Assembly (NCBI GenBank): GCA_018378775.1
Contig: JAGZWV010000003.1
Coordinates: 26,898 to 90,897, forward strand
Direction: 5' to 3'
Source of the DNA: Collinsella sp.
GTDB lineage: Bacteria; Actinomycetota; Coriobacteriia; Coriobacteriales; Coriobacteriaceae
Length of the DNA stretch: 64,000 nucleotides
Shown here one piece after another: positions 1-9,900 of the stretch (position 1 is the stretch's first letter; the number at the start of each line of letters is the position of its first letter). A program made the translations under genes and the position numbers. The notes beneath the pieces are model-generated. The model ran no database searches. It was not told the origin of the DNA and saw nothing but the letters and a program-made list of their open reading frames with translations.

Positions 1-147
1 GCGATGAGTGTCTGTTCGGCATCGGAATCGGTCGAGATATTGCGCTCGGGAATGGTCACGCCGTTATCGGCCAAAAAGTGCTTGACCTTTATGCAATACG
101 GGCAGCCGGTCATAACGTACAGCTCGAGCTCATGATCAGTAGCCATA
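1..147 (-). CDS. glutaredoxin-like protein (NrdH/Grx family), N-terminal part; C-terminus lies outside the window
   Basis: Minus-strand translation from ATG at 147: MATDHELELYVMTGCPYCIKVKHFLADNGVTIPERNISTDSDAEQTLI... with CPYC redox motif typical of glutaredoxin/NrdH. Runs off the window start. Confidence 0.55.
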
Positions 148-197
148 GGTCTCCAATCGGTTGAGGTTTTGATTGAAATACCCAAAGCCGCCGCGGT

Positions 198-1025
198 CTA
201 TGCGCGCGTCAACGACGACTCGATGGCCTGTACCAGAAACGCCGTGGCTCCGGTGCCGCAGGGCTTGTCGTAGTAGTCGATAAAGCGCTGATCGGCAAGA
301 TAGCCGTGGGCGAGGCCCAGGTGTGCTTCGTCCTGGGGTTCGCGTCCCCAGTTGAGACCAATCCAACGACGATGTATCGCGACAAGCTTGCGAGCCTCGC
401 TTCCATCCGCATCGCCGTCGCCCATGGCAATCGAGAGCTGACCCAGAATAGCGCGTTCAAGTTCCTTCATGTCGTTCCATGTCTGAGGATCCATGTCCAG
501 TAACGTTTCGTTTGCTGCATCGATAGCCTCATCGCCATAGCGCGCCCGCGCCTCGGCACCGTAGCGCTCCTCGTTTTCCTGCACGGTGCGCCAGCGCTCC
601 AGTTGCGGCAGGACGGCACCCATGAGCGAGACGGCTTCGTCGAGCGACATGCCGGTGTTTTGCGCCAGCCGCGGGGCGCAATCTTCAATCATCGCCTCCA
701 TGGTGGTGTCGTAGGTGTACTTGCCGTGGTCGTAGCACCACTTGCAGTAATGGTCGGTCGTGGCGCCCGTGGCGTCGGTGCCGCAGTCGTCGGGCGTGAG
801 TATCATGCCGCAGCTCTGGCAATAATGCTCGGGCATTTCGAGCAGGTGGGGCAGCGGCTCTCCAGTTACGGCGGCAATGAGCTTCATCATGTCGATACCC
901 GGGGTGACTTCGCCGCGCTCCCAACGGCTGACGGCTTGGCGTGTGACGAAGAGCTTGGCGGCGAGCTGCTCCTGGGTAAGGTGATGGGCGCGACGGATGG
1001 CAATGAGCTTTTCTGCAAAGGCCAT
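198..1025 (-). CDS. XRE-family HTH transcriptional regulator with internal Cys-rich zinc-ribbon segment and C-terminal effector-like domain
   Basis: N-terminus LIAIRRAHHLTQEQLAAKLFVTRQAVSRWERGEVTP is a canonical XRE/Cro HTH. Followed by CQSCG...CKWC Cys pairs. 275 aa ORF. Confidence 0.6.
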   Translation of the reverse strand: MAFAEKLIAIRRAHHLTQEQLAAKLFVTRQAVSRWERGEVTPGIDMMKLIAAVTGEPLPHLLEMPEHYCQSCGMILTPDDCGTDATGATTDHYCKWCYDHGKYTYDTTMEAMIEDCAPRLAQNTGMSLDEAVSLMGAVLPQLERWRTVQENEERYGAEARARYGDEAIDAANETLLDMDPQTWNDMKELERAILGQLSIAMGDGDADGSEARKLVAIHRRWIGLNWGREPQDEAHLGLAHGYLADQRFIDYYDKPCGTGATAFLVQAIESSLTRA

Positions 1026-1156
1026 AGCGGCTCCTTTCTGCTGGTTGATGGCTTAAGCATATGCGGCCGCAGGTGCCCTTCCAAGCAACCGTTGGTTGCA
1101 CGACGGGGACCGCGGCGAAGAATTGCGCGCAACGCCCCACACCTCCATGCCGTACA

Positions 1157-1903
1157 ATGACCGGCATGGAACCTATCGCACACATACATACCGACCTGCC
1201 GCAGAAGTTCGGCATTCCGCGCAACAGCTTTTTGGCGCCTCATCTGCAGGGACACATCGTCTTTGAGCCGGAATTTGCCTCCAATGCAGCGGTTGAGGGC
1301 CTGGACTCCTTCTCTCACCTATGGCTGTTGTGGCGCTTCGAAAATGGAACGCCCGGCGGCACGGCAAACGACATAGCTGCCGATGCCAAGTCGCAGGACA
1401 GGTCTGGCACCAACGTCAAGTGGTCGAAGACCGTGCGCCCGCCGCGTCTGGGCGGAGCCGAACGCGTGGGTGTCTTTGCCACGCGCAGTCCGTTTCGCCC
1501 TAATCCCATCGGGCTCACCTGCGTTAAGCTCGACCGCGTGGAGCTTAACGACGACGGCCCCATCATCCATGTGCTGGGGGCCGATCTGCGCGACGGCACG
1601 CCCATCTACGATATCAAGCCCTACATCCCGTTTGCGGACTGCCACCCGGATGCGACCGGCGGCTGGATTGAGGGTGCTCCGTGGCAAGAGCTCGATGTTG
1701 AGTTTCCACAAGCGCTGCAGGACATGGTCCCGCCCGCAAAGCTCCCCGGCTTGGTCGAGGTCCTTTGCCAAGATCCGCGCCGCGCGGGCAGCAAGCACGA
1801 GCCAAACCGCGTTTACCACTTAGCTTATGCTGGGCTCGACATATCTTTTACGGTCGATAAAACCCAGCTAACCGTAGTCGCCGTCAACGACGCGCAAGAC
1901 TAA
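1157..1903 (+). CDS. tsaA: tRNA (adenine37-N6)-methyltransferase TsaA/YaeB family
   Basis: MEPIAHIHTDLPQKFGIPRNS...FSHLWLLWRF...RSPFRPNPIGLTCVKLD matches the TsaA (YaeB/VirR-like) fold signature. Start at ATG 1157 or 1166, both in frame. Confidence 0.7.
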   Translation: MTGMEPIAHIHTDLPQKFGIPRNSFLAPHLQGHIVFEPEFASNAAVEGLDSFSHLWLLWRFENGTPGGTANDIAADAKSQDRSGTNVKWSKTVRPPRLGGAERVGVFATRSPFRPNPIGLTCVKLDRVELNDDGPIIHVLGADLRDGTPIYDIKPYIPFADCHPDATGGWIEGAPWQELDVEFPQALQDMVPPAKLPGLVEVLCQDPRRAGSKHEPNRVYHLAYAGLDISFTVDKTQLTVVAVNDAQD

Positions 1904-2015
1904 CCAGCCATTCGTCTGAACCCGTCAAATTAAGCGCCAAACCCCATGTCAAAATCGCCCATACTGGTGGACAATAACGCCTACCAAAATAGTCCGCTTT
2001 GCATGGGAGCTCAGC

Positions 2016-3227
2016 ATGAAATACGACTTTAGCTCGCTTATCGACCGCCACGGCATGGACTCCATCGCCGTTGACTCTTGGGGCGAGATCCCCGGTATGG
2101 CTCCGAACGCACCAGACGAGGGCTTCGACCGCATTCCCATGTGGGTGGCCGACATGAATTTTGCTACGGTGCCCACGGTTCAGGAGTACATCATCAAGCG
2201 CGCTCAGCACCCCATGTTTGGCTACTTCAATCCGCGTCCCGAGTACTTCGACCACATCATCGAATGGCAGAGCCGTCGCAACGGCGTTGAGGGCTTGGCG
2301 CCGGAGCATATCGGCTACGAAAACGGCGTGCTGGGCGGTGTCGTGTCGACGCTGCGCGCGTATGTCCAGCCAGGCGATGCGGTGCTGGTCCACAGCCCTA
2401 CCTACATCGGCTTTACCAAGTCCATCGAAGCCGCGGGTTATCGTATTGTCCACAGCCCGCTTAAGCTCGACGACCAGGGCGTGTGGCGCATGGACTTTGA
2501 GGACATGGAGTGCAAACTCGCCCAAAACCACATTCATGCCGCGGTGTTCTGCTCGCCGCACAATCCCTGCGGCCGCGTATGGGAGCGCGACGAGATCGAG
2601 CGCGCCATGGACATCTATCGCCAGCACGATTGCGTGGTGATCTCGGACGAGATTTGGTCCGATATCATCCTGCCGGGACACAAGCATATCCCGACGCAGT
2701 CGGTGAGCGAGGATGCTCGCATGCGCACGGTCGCCCTCTATGCGCCGAGCAAGACGTTTAACCTGGCGGGTCTGGTCGGCAGCTACCACATCATCTACAA
2801 CGAGACGCTGCGCGACCGCGTGTGCGCCGTGTCCAACAAGACTCACTACAACGAGATGAACGTCCTCTCCATGCATGCGCTTATCGGTGCCTACCAGCCG
2901 CAAGGCTACGAGTGGGTGGACGAGCTCAACGAGGTCATCAAGGGCAACGTCGACTATTTCTGCGATTACGTTGACGAGCATTTTAAGGGCGTGGCCTATT
3001 CGCGCCCGCAGGGCACCTATATGGTGTTCCTGGACTGCACCAAATGGTGCCGCGCACACGGTCGCGACATTCAGTGGCTGCTCGACGAGGGTGCGCGCGT
3101 GGGCGTAGGCTATCAGGACGGCCGCCCATTCCACGGCCCCTGTCACATTCGCGTGAACTTGGCGCTGCCGCTTTCGCGTGTAAAGGAGGCGTGCGACCGC
3201 CTGGATCGTTACGTTTTTAATGCATAG
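2016..3227 (+). CDS. MalY/PatB-type PLP-dependent C-S lyase (aminotransferase class I/II, cystathionine beta-lyase-like)
   Basis: 403 aa. PLP-lysine region YAPSKTFNLAGLVGSY; overall MalY/PatB-like pattern (GYFNPRPEYF..., HSPTYIGF). Confidence 0.8.
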   Translation: MKYDFSSLIDRHGMDSIAVDSWGEIPGMAPNAPDEGFDRIPMWVADMNFATVPTVQEYIIKRAQHPMFGYFNPRPEYFDHIIEWQSRRNGVEGLAPEHIGYENGVLGGVVSTLRAYVQPGDAVLVHSPTYIGFTKSIEAAGYRIVHSPLKLDDQGVWRMDFEDMECKLAQNHIHAAVFCSPHNPCGRVWERDEIERAMDIYRQHDCVVISDEIWSDIILPGHKHIPTQSVSEDARMRTVALYAPSKTFNLAGLVGSYHIIYNETLRDRVCAVSNKTHYNEMNVLSMHALIGAYQPQGYEWVDELNEVIKGNVDYFCDYVDEHFKGVAYSRPQGTYMVFLDCTKWCRAHGRDIQWLLDEGARVGVGYQDGRPFHGPCHIRVNLALPLSRVKEACDRLDRYVFNA

Positions 3228-3374
3228 CAAACGTTCTCTGTGTATAGGGGCCTTTTGGTCAGATTGGCCAGAAGGCCCCACATGGTAAGGCGTTCGTAAT
3301 CATTGGGCGGTTCTCGTATGCCGCCTGCTATTATTAGCCCATTGCTGCCAACAAACAGGACCGTCAGGAGCTTG

Positions 3375-4247
3375 ATGAAAGGACCCCGCCGCCCGGTTGC
3401 CATAACGTTATTGCTTGCGCTCGCGATAGTGGGTGTATTTGGCGTGGCGATAACGGGTTGCTCTGGGTCGAGCAACGGCGCCTCGGCCTCTTCGGCAAAA
3501 AGCACGGCCTCGCAGGCAAAAGGCGATGACGATGGCCTCAAGACCCTCAACGTCGGCAGCGACCTTTACCCGCCGTTTGTGTATAGCGACGAATACGGCG
3601 AGACGGTCGGCCTGGATGTCGAGATTCTGACCGAAGCCCTGGCCCGCATTGGCTACAAGCCAAAATACCAGCTGATTGACTGGGAAAAGAAGAAAGATAT
3701 GCTGGCGAGCGGCGAGCTCGACTGCGTTATGGGCAGCTTTAGCATGACGGGCCGCGAGGACGAGTATCGCTGGGCCGGCCCGTATCTTGCAAGTCGCCAA
3801 GTGGTCGCGGTCAATCCCGAGAGCGACATCTATACGCTTGCCGATCTGGAGGGCAAGGTCGTAGCGGTGCAGTCTACCACCAAACCCGAGACGATTCTGC
3901 TCAATCGACTGAACGAAAACGTCCCGCAGATTAAAGAACTGTATAGCTTTTCGGACCGTTCCTATCTAAACCCGGCGCTCGTCGAAGGTCTGGTCGATGC
4001 TATTGCCTCGCACGAGTCTTCGCTGCTCACGTACGAAAAAGACTACGGCGTAACATATCGCATCCTAAACGAACCGCTGCTGGAGGTTGGCCTGGGCACC
4101 GCCTTCGATATTAACGATACGCGCGGAATCGACGTCAAGCTCACGCGCGCTTACCAAGAGATGCTTGCCGACGGCACCATGGAGCGCCTGGTGTCCAAGT
4201 ACTTTGACGACCCTTCACCATTCTTGAACGTGGAGGGGCTGTCATGA
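3375..4247 (+). CDS. periplasmic substrate-binding protein (SBP family 3, amino-acid-binding type) lipoprotein
   Basis: SD caggag 5 nt before ATG 3375. Signal peptide plus lipobox LALAIVGVFGVAITGCSGSS. SBP_bac_3-like body (DLYPPFVY..., DWEKKKDMLASGELDCVMGSFSMT). Stop overlaps the start of the downstream hybrid kinase (ATGA). Confidence 0.75.
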   Translation: MKGPRRPVAITLLLALAIVGVFGVAITGCSGSSNGASASSAKSTASQAKGDDDGLKTLNVGSDLYPPFVYSDEYGETVGLDVEILTEALARIGYKPKYQLIDWEKKKDMLASGELDCVMGSFSMTGREDEYRWAGPYLASRQVVAVNPESDIYTLADLEGKVVAVQSTTKPETILLNRLNENVPQIKELYSFSDRSYLNPALVEGLVDAIASHESSLLTYEKDYGVTYRILNEPLLEVGLGTAFDINDTRGIDVKLTRAYQEMLADGTMERLVSKYFDDPSPFLNVEGLS

Positions 4248-6436
4248 TCGATATGCCTGATCACGTCGCAGAGGAGCAGGGCAATCGTGTGGCGTGGATG
4301 TGGCCGCTTATCGCCCTGCTGGGGATAGCACTTTCTGTTGCAGCCGGCATGGCAAGTTATGGTTACACGACCGTTCAGGCCGAGCAGCGCTTTTCCGACG
4401 TTGTCGACTACGTGGCAACGCAGAGCCTCTCCTACGATGCGTTCAACAGCGCCTATGCGACCAAAAATCTAATCCGCGTAATGGAGATTGCCGGCGAGGT
4501 GGCGCGCGATATGGAGCGCGACGGCTCAGCGGATGGTGTCACGCTGGAGCAATATACTGACCAGTTTAACGTGAGCGCGCTCATCGTGATGGACGCGTCG
4601 GGCAACCTGGTGGCAGAGGCTTCGACGGATGATGTGAACTACGAGTCACTCGCAACGTATCTCAAAGAAGCGCCCGTGCTGGAAGTGGCGAGCTATCCGC
4701 TCAAGTCCTATAGCGCTCGCATCACGCTTGCGGATGATTCGGTCGCGGACATTGGTTGCGTCGCCCGTCAGGATGGCGACGGTATCGTTGTCGCGGTGAG
4801 GCACCAGAGCGCTAAAGCGGTTGCGAGCAATACGCTCAAGCTGCAGAGCTTGCTCGATGGCTACGAGACCATCGACAGCGGCGATATCGTGATCGAAAAC
4901 GACGGCAAGGTTGTTGCGACCAATGCCGTCGAGCCCACCGTGTTGGGCGTGTTTGAATTGCCTGCGACGGATGCCCTCATTGTTGACGGAATTAAGGAAC
5001 GCTGCCTGGCCGGCGAGGTTCGACTGGTCAATGTCGACGGCGAGTGGTTTTTGGGCTCGTATGGTAAAGCGCGAAAGTTTTACGTGTATACCTATGCGCC
5101 GGCACAGCGCTACTTCGAGACTGTCGCCGCCGTTGTTGCCTGCGTGCTGGTGCTCTACGGCGGTGCCGTAACCGCTGTTGTGCTGATTCGTCGCCGCGCC
5201 GACCGCCGGCGCTTGACGGATCTGCTGCAGCAGGAGCGCGACTACGGCGACAAGCTGGCAAAGGCAGCGCGTGAGGCCTCGTCCGCTAACTCCGCAAAGA
5301 CGGAGTTTTTGCGTCGCATGAGCCATGACCTGCGCACGCCCATCAACGGCATTCGCGGCATGGTCGAGGTGGGCGACGCCAATGCGGGCGATCTGCAAAA
5401 GCAGACCGAGTGTCGCTCAAAGATTTGGACGGCATCGGGGCTACTGCTCGACCTTGCCAATGAGGCGCTCGACATGAGTCGCCTGGAGAGCGGTCAGGTC
5501 GACCTGGAGCTCGTGCCCACAAACTTGGTGACCCTCAACCGCGAGGTGCAAGACATCCTGGAGCGTCAGGCAGATGAGCGTTTGGTAACCATCATCTGCG
5601 ACCAGCAGGCCCTGGACCATCCCTATGCCCGAGTAAGTGTGACGCATCTTAAGCGTTTGCTGGTCAATATCGCCGGCAATGCCGTTAAGTACAACCGACA
5701 AGGCGGTTACGTTCGCCTGGTGTGCCGCGAGGTGGAGCCGGTGGACGGCGTCCCCGTCTATGAATACACGATTGCCGATAACGGCATCGGCATGAGCGAG
5801 GAGTTCCAGCAGCACCTCTACGAGCCGTTTAGCCGTGAGGAGCAGCAGGTGGAAGGCGCTTCGTCGGGAACCGGCCTGGGTGCCTCCATTGCGAAACAGC
5901 TGGTCGAGCTTATGGGCGGAACCATGAGCTTTACGAGCACCTTGGGACAGGGGACGACCTTTACCATTCGCCTGCCGCTTAAGAAGTGCAAGCGCTCCGA
6001 GATTCCCCAGGCCGTTCGCGTGGATGCGGGCGATGACGATGCGCTCCAAGGCCTGCACGTCTTGCTGGTCGAGGATAACGACCTGAATGCTGAGATCGCG
6101 CAGTTTACGCTCGATCGTGCCGGTGCCATCGTGACGCATGCCAAGGATGGTGAGACTGCCGTCGAGACGTTTGCCACGAGCGCGCCGTATGAGTACGACG
6201 TGGTGCTCATGGATATCATGATGCCCGGCATCGATGGCCTCGAGGCCACGCGCCAGATCCGAGTGCTCAATCGCGAGGACGCCGCGACCACGCCAATCAT
6301 CGCCGTGAGCGCCAATGCCTTTGCGGACGATCGCAAGCTCTCGCGCGAGGCGGGCATGAACGCGCACCTGAGTAAACCCGTGAGTTCACAGGAGCTTGTT
6401 GAGGCCCTTGCCCACATCGCCGCCGACGCATCGTAA
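4244..6436 (+). CDS. hybrid sensor histidine kinase/response regulator (2 TM + periplasmic sensor, HisKA, HATPase_c, C-terminal REC)
   Basis: H-box AKTEFLRRMSHDLRTPINGIRGM; G-boxes DNGIGM / GTGLGASI; receiver LHVLLVEDNDLNAEIAQ...VVLMDIMMPGIDG...IIAVSANAF. Translationally coupled to the upstream SBP. Confidence 0.85.
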   Translation: MIDMPDHVAEEQGNRVAWMWPLIALLGIALSVAAGMASYGYTTVQAEQRFSDVVDYVATQSLSYDAFNSAYATKNLIRVMEIAGEVARDMERDGSADGVTLEQYTDQFNVSALIVMDASGNLVAEASTDDVNYESLATYLKEAPVLEVASYPLKSYSARITLADDSVADIGCVARQDGDGIVVAVRHQSAKAVASNTLKLQSLLDGYETIDSGDIVIENDGKVVATNAVEPTVLGVFELPATDALIVDGIKERCLAGEVRLVNVDGEWFLGSYGKARKFYVYTYAPAQRYFETVAAVVACVLVLYGGAVTAVVLIRRRADRRRLTDLLQQERDYGDKLAKAAREASSANSAKTEFLRRMSHDLRTPINGIRGMVEVGDANAGDLQKQTECRSKIWTASGLLLDLANEALDMSRLESGQVDLELVPTNLVTLNREVQDILERQADERLVTIICDQQALDHPYARVSVTHLKRLLVNIAGNAVKYNRQGGYVRLVCREVEPVDGVPVYEYTIADNGIGMSEEFQQHLYEPFSREEQQVEGASSGTGLGASIAKQLVELMGGTMSFTSTLGQGTTFTIRLPLKKCKRSEIPQAVRVDAGDDDALQGLHVLLVEDNDLNAEIAQFTLDRAGAIVTHAKDGETAVETFATSAPYEYDVVLMDIMMPGIDGLEATRQIRVLNREDAATTPIIAVSANAFADDRKLSREAGMNAHLSKPVSSQELVEALAHIAADAS

Positions 6437-6438
6437 AG

Positions 6439-6480
6439 ATACGCCCCGGTCCCAACGTCGGTTGGGACCGGGGCGTATTG
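6439..6480. terminator. bidirectional rho-independent terminator hairpin between convergent genes
   Basis: ACGCCCCGGTCCCAACGTCGGTTGGGACCGGGGCGT perfect 14-bp stem directly after the kinase stop, flanked by A/T runs. Confidence 0.7.
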
Positions 6481-6506
6481 CTATTTGCAAGAGCCTGCTT
6501 CGGGGT

Positions 6507-6986
6507 TTACTTTTCGTGAATCTGCTTGCCGCAGAGATGCTCAATCGTAATTTCGTACAGCTGAACGCCCTTGATGTCCTTGGCGATTTCTTCCTCGACC
6601 TCTTCGGCGGTGGGGTAGTACTTGAGCGCGAGCTCACGGACCTTGTCCTCGATAAATGCGGGGGTGTCATTCGCTAGGCGGCAACGGCCAAAGACAACGG
6701 TGCTCTGCACGTAGGGAGCCCAGTCGTCATCCTTGTACCAGTCGTTGCCGTAAACGGTAAAGCAGACCTTGTCATCGCGCTTGAGTGCGTCGACCTTGTG
6801 GCCAGCCTTGGCGCCATGGAAATAAATCTTGTCGCGCTCGGCGTCAAAGAAGTAGTTGACGGGGATGGCGTACGGGTAGCCATCGTCGCCGTTGACGGCA
6901 AAGACGCCGCGCTTGCAGGTGGCGAGCAGTTTGCGCGCTTCCTCGTCGGTGATGGCGCGTTTCTTTCGACGTAAGGGCCTAAACAT
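6507..6986 (-). CDS. pyridoxamine 5'-phosphate oxidase family FMN-binding protein (split-barrel)
   Basis: 159 aa. GVFAVNGDDGYPYAIPVNYFFDAERDKIYFHGAKAGHKVDAL pattern typical of PNPOx-like/general stress protein 26 family. Confidence 0.65.
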   Translation of the reverse strand: MFRPLRRKKRAITDEEARKLLATCKRGVFAVNGDDGYPYAIPVNYFFDAERDKIYFHGAKAGHKVDALKRDDKVCFTVYGNDWYKDDDWAPYVQSTVVFGRCRLANDTPAFIEDKVRELALKYYPTAEEVEEEIAKDIKGVQLYEITIEHLCGKQIHEK

Positions 6987-7026
6987 CGTTGGCTTCCTTT
7001 CTGGTCGTGCGTGGTTGCTGCAAAAA

Positions 7027-9837
7027 CTATAGCGAAACGGATCCGTTTTTCTTGATGCGGGCGAGTATGTTTTTGAGCTTGTTAAAGTCGAGCGGTTTGG
7101 ACAGATGGGCGTTCATGCCGGCATCGTGTGCCGCCTTGGCGTCCTCGGCAAAGGCATTGGCGGTGAGCGCGATGATGGGGATATCGGCTGCATCGACCTT
7201 CTCGCTCAGACGAATCGTGCGGGTTGCCTCATAGCCGTCCATGCCCGGCATCATAATGTCCATCAGGATCGCATCGAAGCTGCCGGCGGGATGCGACAGG
7301 TACAGATCGACGACCTCGTTGCCGTTGGCGGCGCGGGTGACCACGACGCCCTCGGATTCTAGCAGCGTCTGGGCAATTTCGGCATTCAATTCGTTGTCTT
7401 CGGCGAGCAGCACGTTCATGTCGGCGAGCGAGCAGTCGGGCGCACTCTCAACCGTATTCGCCCGCGCCTGGGGATTCTCGTCGATATCGAGCGGAATCTC
7501 CACGTAGAACGAGGTGCCCACATGGAGTTCACTGGTGACTTCGATGGTGCCGCCCATCAGTTCAATAAGCGACTTGACGATTGGCATGCCCATGCCGGTT
7601 CCTTGGAACTTGCTGCGCGCATCGTCACCTTCTTGGGCAAACGGCTCATAGATATGCTTTAAAAACTTGGGAGTCATGCCAATGCCGGTATCCGAAACGC
7701 TAAAGCAAAAGAGCGCGCGCCCGTTATCGAGTGGCTTGGTCTTTGAACTAAAGGTGACGGAGCCGCCGTGCTTGTTGTACTTAATGCTGTTGTCTAACAG
7801 GTTGATCATGATCTGTCGGATATGGGTGGGACTGCCGATCATGTATGGCCCCGTGGCGTACGGCAGACTATTGTCCTGCATGGTGATGCCGTTACTGGAC
7901 GCGCGGAGCTTGCACAGCACCAGTGTATCGTCACAGAGCTCTTTGAGGTTAAAAGGCGTATGCTCCAGTGTTAGCTTGCGGTCTTCGATTTTGCCCATCT
8001 CGAGGATGTTGTTGATCAGCGAGAGCAGGTGATTGGCGGCAACGCGCGCCTTGGCACGGCTCTCGCGGGCGACCTGGATATCGCCTTCCTTCAATTCCTC
8101 GATCTCGATAAGGCCCAGGATACCGTTGAGCGGCGTACGGATGTCGTGGCTCATACGCGTGAGGAATGCCGTCTTAGCGGCGTTGGCAGCATCGGCTTTT
8201 TTGCGCTCGGTTCGAGCGCGCACGAGTGCCCAGATGAGCAGGACGATGCCGACCGACAACATACCGATGAGGGTAGCGGCAATGGCGGTGCGGTTGCGAA
8301 AAAGGAATTGAAGCGTGTCTGATTCCTGGGTCGTGTACGACGTGGATGAGTAATTGCTTGCGGAGAGCGATTCTCCGGCATTGATGATGCCCTTGTTGAT
8401 GATTCCCAGCAGCTCGGGCTTTCCGCGCGAAATCCAGCACGAGAGCTCACAGGTGTCAGGGAGCTCGACCGTCTCGTAGTCCTTGAGATCATGACGGTCG
8501 CCGATGGTTTTTAAGCGTGAGCTGGGAGCGACGATGCAGTGCGCCGTTCCCTTTCTGAGGGCGTCGAACGCTTCATCGTCGGATTGGTATTCGGTCACGG
8601 TCGCTGTGGGGAACAGGCTTTCAAGTGCATTTTTGTTGACAAACGATGATTTGGTACAGGCGATGTTCTGAAGGTCTTTGTTCAGGTCGCTGCCGGTGTG
8701 GATGGCGGTGAGGGATATGGTCCCCAACGATACCGACTGCACAACGCCTGATTGCTCGGCAAACCAGTAATCTCGGTATACCGGCAGCACAACGTCTATG
8801 CTTCCCTTTGACAGGGCCTTTGACATCATCTTGTAGCTATCAAAGGCGACGGTTTTGACCGTAATGCCAAATTTATCGTGCAACGTCGTCGCAAGCGATG
8901 CGAGCGAGCCTTCCATTTCGCCGTTTTCGTCTTCGTTGCAGTAGGGGAGTCTGCCCGTAATGTAGCCGAGCGTGATGGTGTTGTCATTTGTTTTGAGCCA
9001 GGAACGTTCGGGGCCGTTGAGCGATGATGAACCGCTGTTTTGGGCCGAGTAGTTAGATTTGACTTCGTCGATATAGCGTGGGTTGACGCGGGCGATTGCC
9101 GACATGGCGGCATTGATGTCGTCCATCAGGTCGGGGCGGCTTTTGGGGACGGCAAAAAAGTAGTCGCTCGAACCAATGTAGAACATGGGGGAGGCGCTGG
9201 GCGACGAGGTCGTGTCGTTCATGATGATGGCATCGACCTCGTTGTTTGCGAGCGCGTCAAAGAGGGCACCGCCAGTGTCGATTTCTTTATAGGTGCAGGT
9301 AATGCCTTCGTTGGCGAGCCACTGCTGGCCAACGAAGGTTTGCATAACGTCGGGGTTGCAGCCGATGGTAAGGCCTTGGAGCGCTCGGGGGTCGCCCTTG
9401 GCCAGATCGTCGCGATCGGGCTTGGCGTAGATGTAGTAGCGCTCGGTGCCCTCGGGGTTCGAGGAAAAGAGCAGCTTTTGGGCGCGTTCCTCGGAGTAGG
9501 AGATGTTAGGCATAAGGTCGATTTCGCCTGCCTCGAGCATGTCCATAAGCTCGGTGAAGGTGCCGGAGACGTATTCGTACCGCCAGTCGGGCGTGTAGTA
9601 CGACAGGGTCTGGAGGTACTCGTAACCCCATCCCGAGAGACGCTCGCCGGGGGTGCCGTCCTGGAAGCCCTCGTTGTTGACGAGCCAGCCGACGCGGACC
9701 GTTTTGACCTGCTGATCGGAGTCGGCGGCAAAGGCAGGGGCGGGCGCGACGGCGCTCAGTACGGCGAGCGCGGTAAGCGCGGCGGCCAGGGTGCGACATA
9801 TAACTGAACGAAGGACAGTGGCAGCTCTCACATGCAA
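7027..9837 (-). CDS. hybrid sensor histidine kinase with two fused periplasmic SBP (family 3) domains, TM, HisKA-HATPase_c and C-terminal REC (BvgS/EvgS-like architecture)
   Basis: 936 aa. Signal peptide; two SBP-like repeats; H-box AKTAFLTRMSHDIRTPLNGILG; GTGMGMPIV; REC MNVLLAEDNELNAEIAQ...ILMDIMMPGMDG. Confidence 0.85.
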   Translation of the reverse strand: MHVRAATVLRSVICRTLAAALTALAVLSAVAPAPAFAADSDQQVKTVRVGWLVNNEGFQDGTPGERLSGWGYEYLQTLSYYTPDWRYEYVSGTFTELMDMLEAGEIDLMPNISYSEERAQKLLFSSNPEGTERYYIYAKPDRDDLAKGDPRALQGLTIGCNPDVMQTFVGQQWLANEGITCTYKEIDTGGALFDALANNEVDAIIMNDTTSSPSASPMFYIGSSDYFFAVPKSRPDLMDDINAAMSAIARVNPRYIDEVKSNYSAQNSGSSSLNGPERSWLKTNDNTITLGYITGRLPYCNEDENGEMEGSLASLATTLHDKFGITVKTVAFDSYKMMSKALSKGSIDVVLPVYRDYWFAEQSGVVQSVSLGTISLTAIHTGSDLNKDLQNIACTKSSFVNKNALESLFPTATVTEYQSDDEAFDALRKGTAHCIVAPSSRLKTIGDRHDLKDYETVELPDTCELSCWISRGKPELLGIINKGIINAGESLSASNYSSTSYTTQESDTLQFLFRNRTAIAATLIGMLSVGIVLLIWALVRARTERKKADAANAAKTAFLTRMSHDIRTPLNGILGLIEIEELKEGDIQVARESRAKARVAANHLLSLINNILEMGKIEDRKLTLEHTPFNLKELCDDTLVLCKLRASSNGITMQDNSLPYATGPYMIGSPTHIRQIMINLLDNSIKYNKHGGSVTFSSKTKPLDNGRALFCFSVSDTGIGMTPKFLKHIYEPFAQEGDDARSKFQGTGMGMPIVKSLIELMGGTIEVTSELHVGTSFYVEIPLDIDENPQARANTVESAPDCSLADMNVLLAEDNELNAEIAQTLLESEGVVVTRAANGNEVVDLYLSHPAGSFDAILMDIMMPGMDGYEATRTIRLSEKVDAADIPIIALTANAFAEDAKAAHDAGMNAHLSKPLDFNKLKNILARIKKNGSVSL

Positions 9838-9900
9838 TCCTAACGAATCGAGACATTACCGCATAAGGATACCAGCTCAGCCTGCCCAGGCGGCAGCTGG

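Noticed and set aside
1884-3281. 465-aa ORF on the minus strand
   Set aside because: Entirely antisense to the well-supported MalY/PatB aminotransferase gene (2016-3227, +); no recognisable domains; long antisense ORFs are expected by chance at this GC content.
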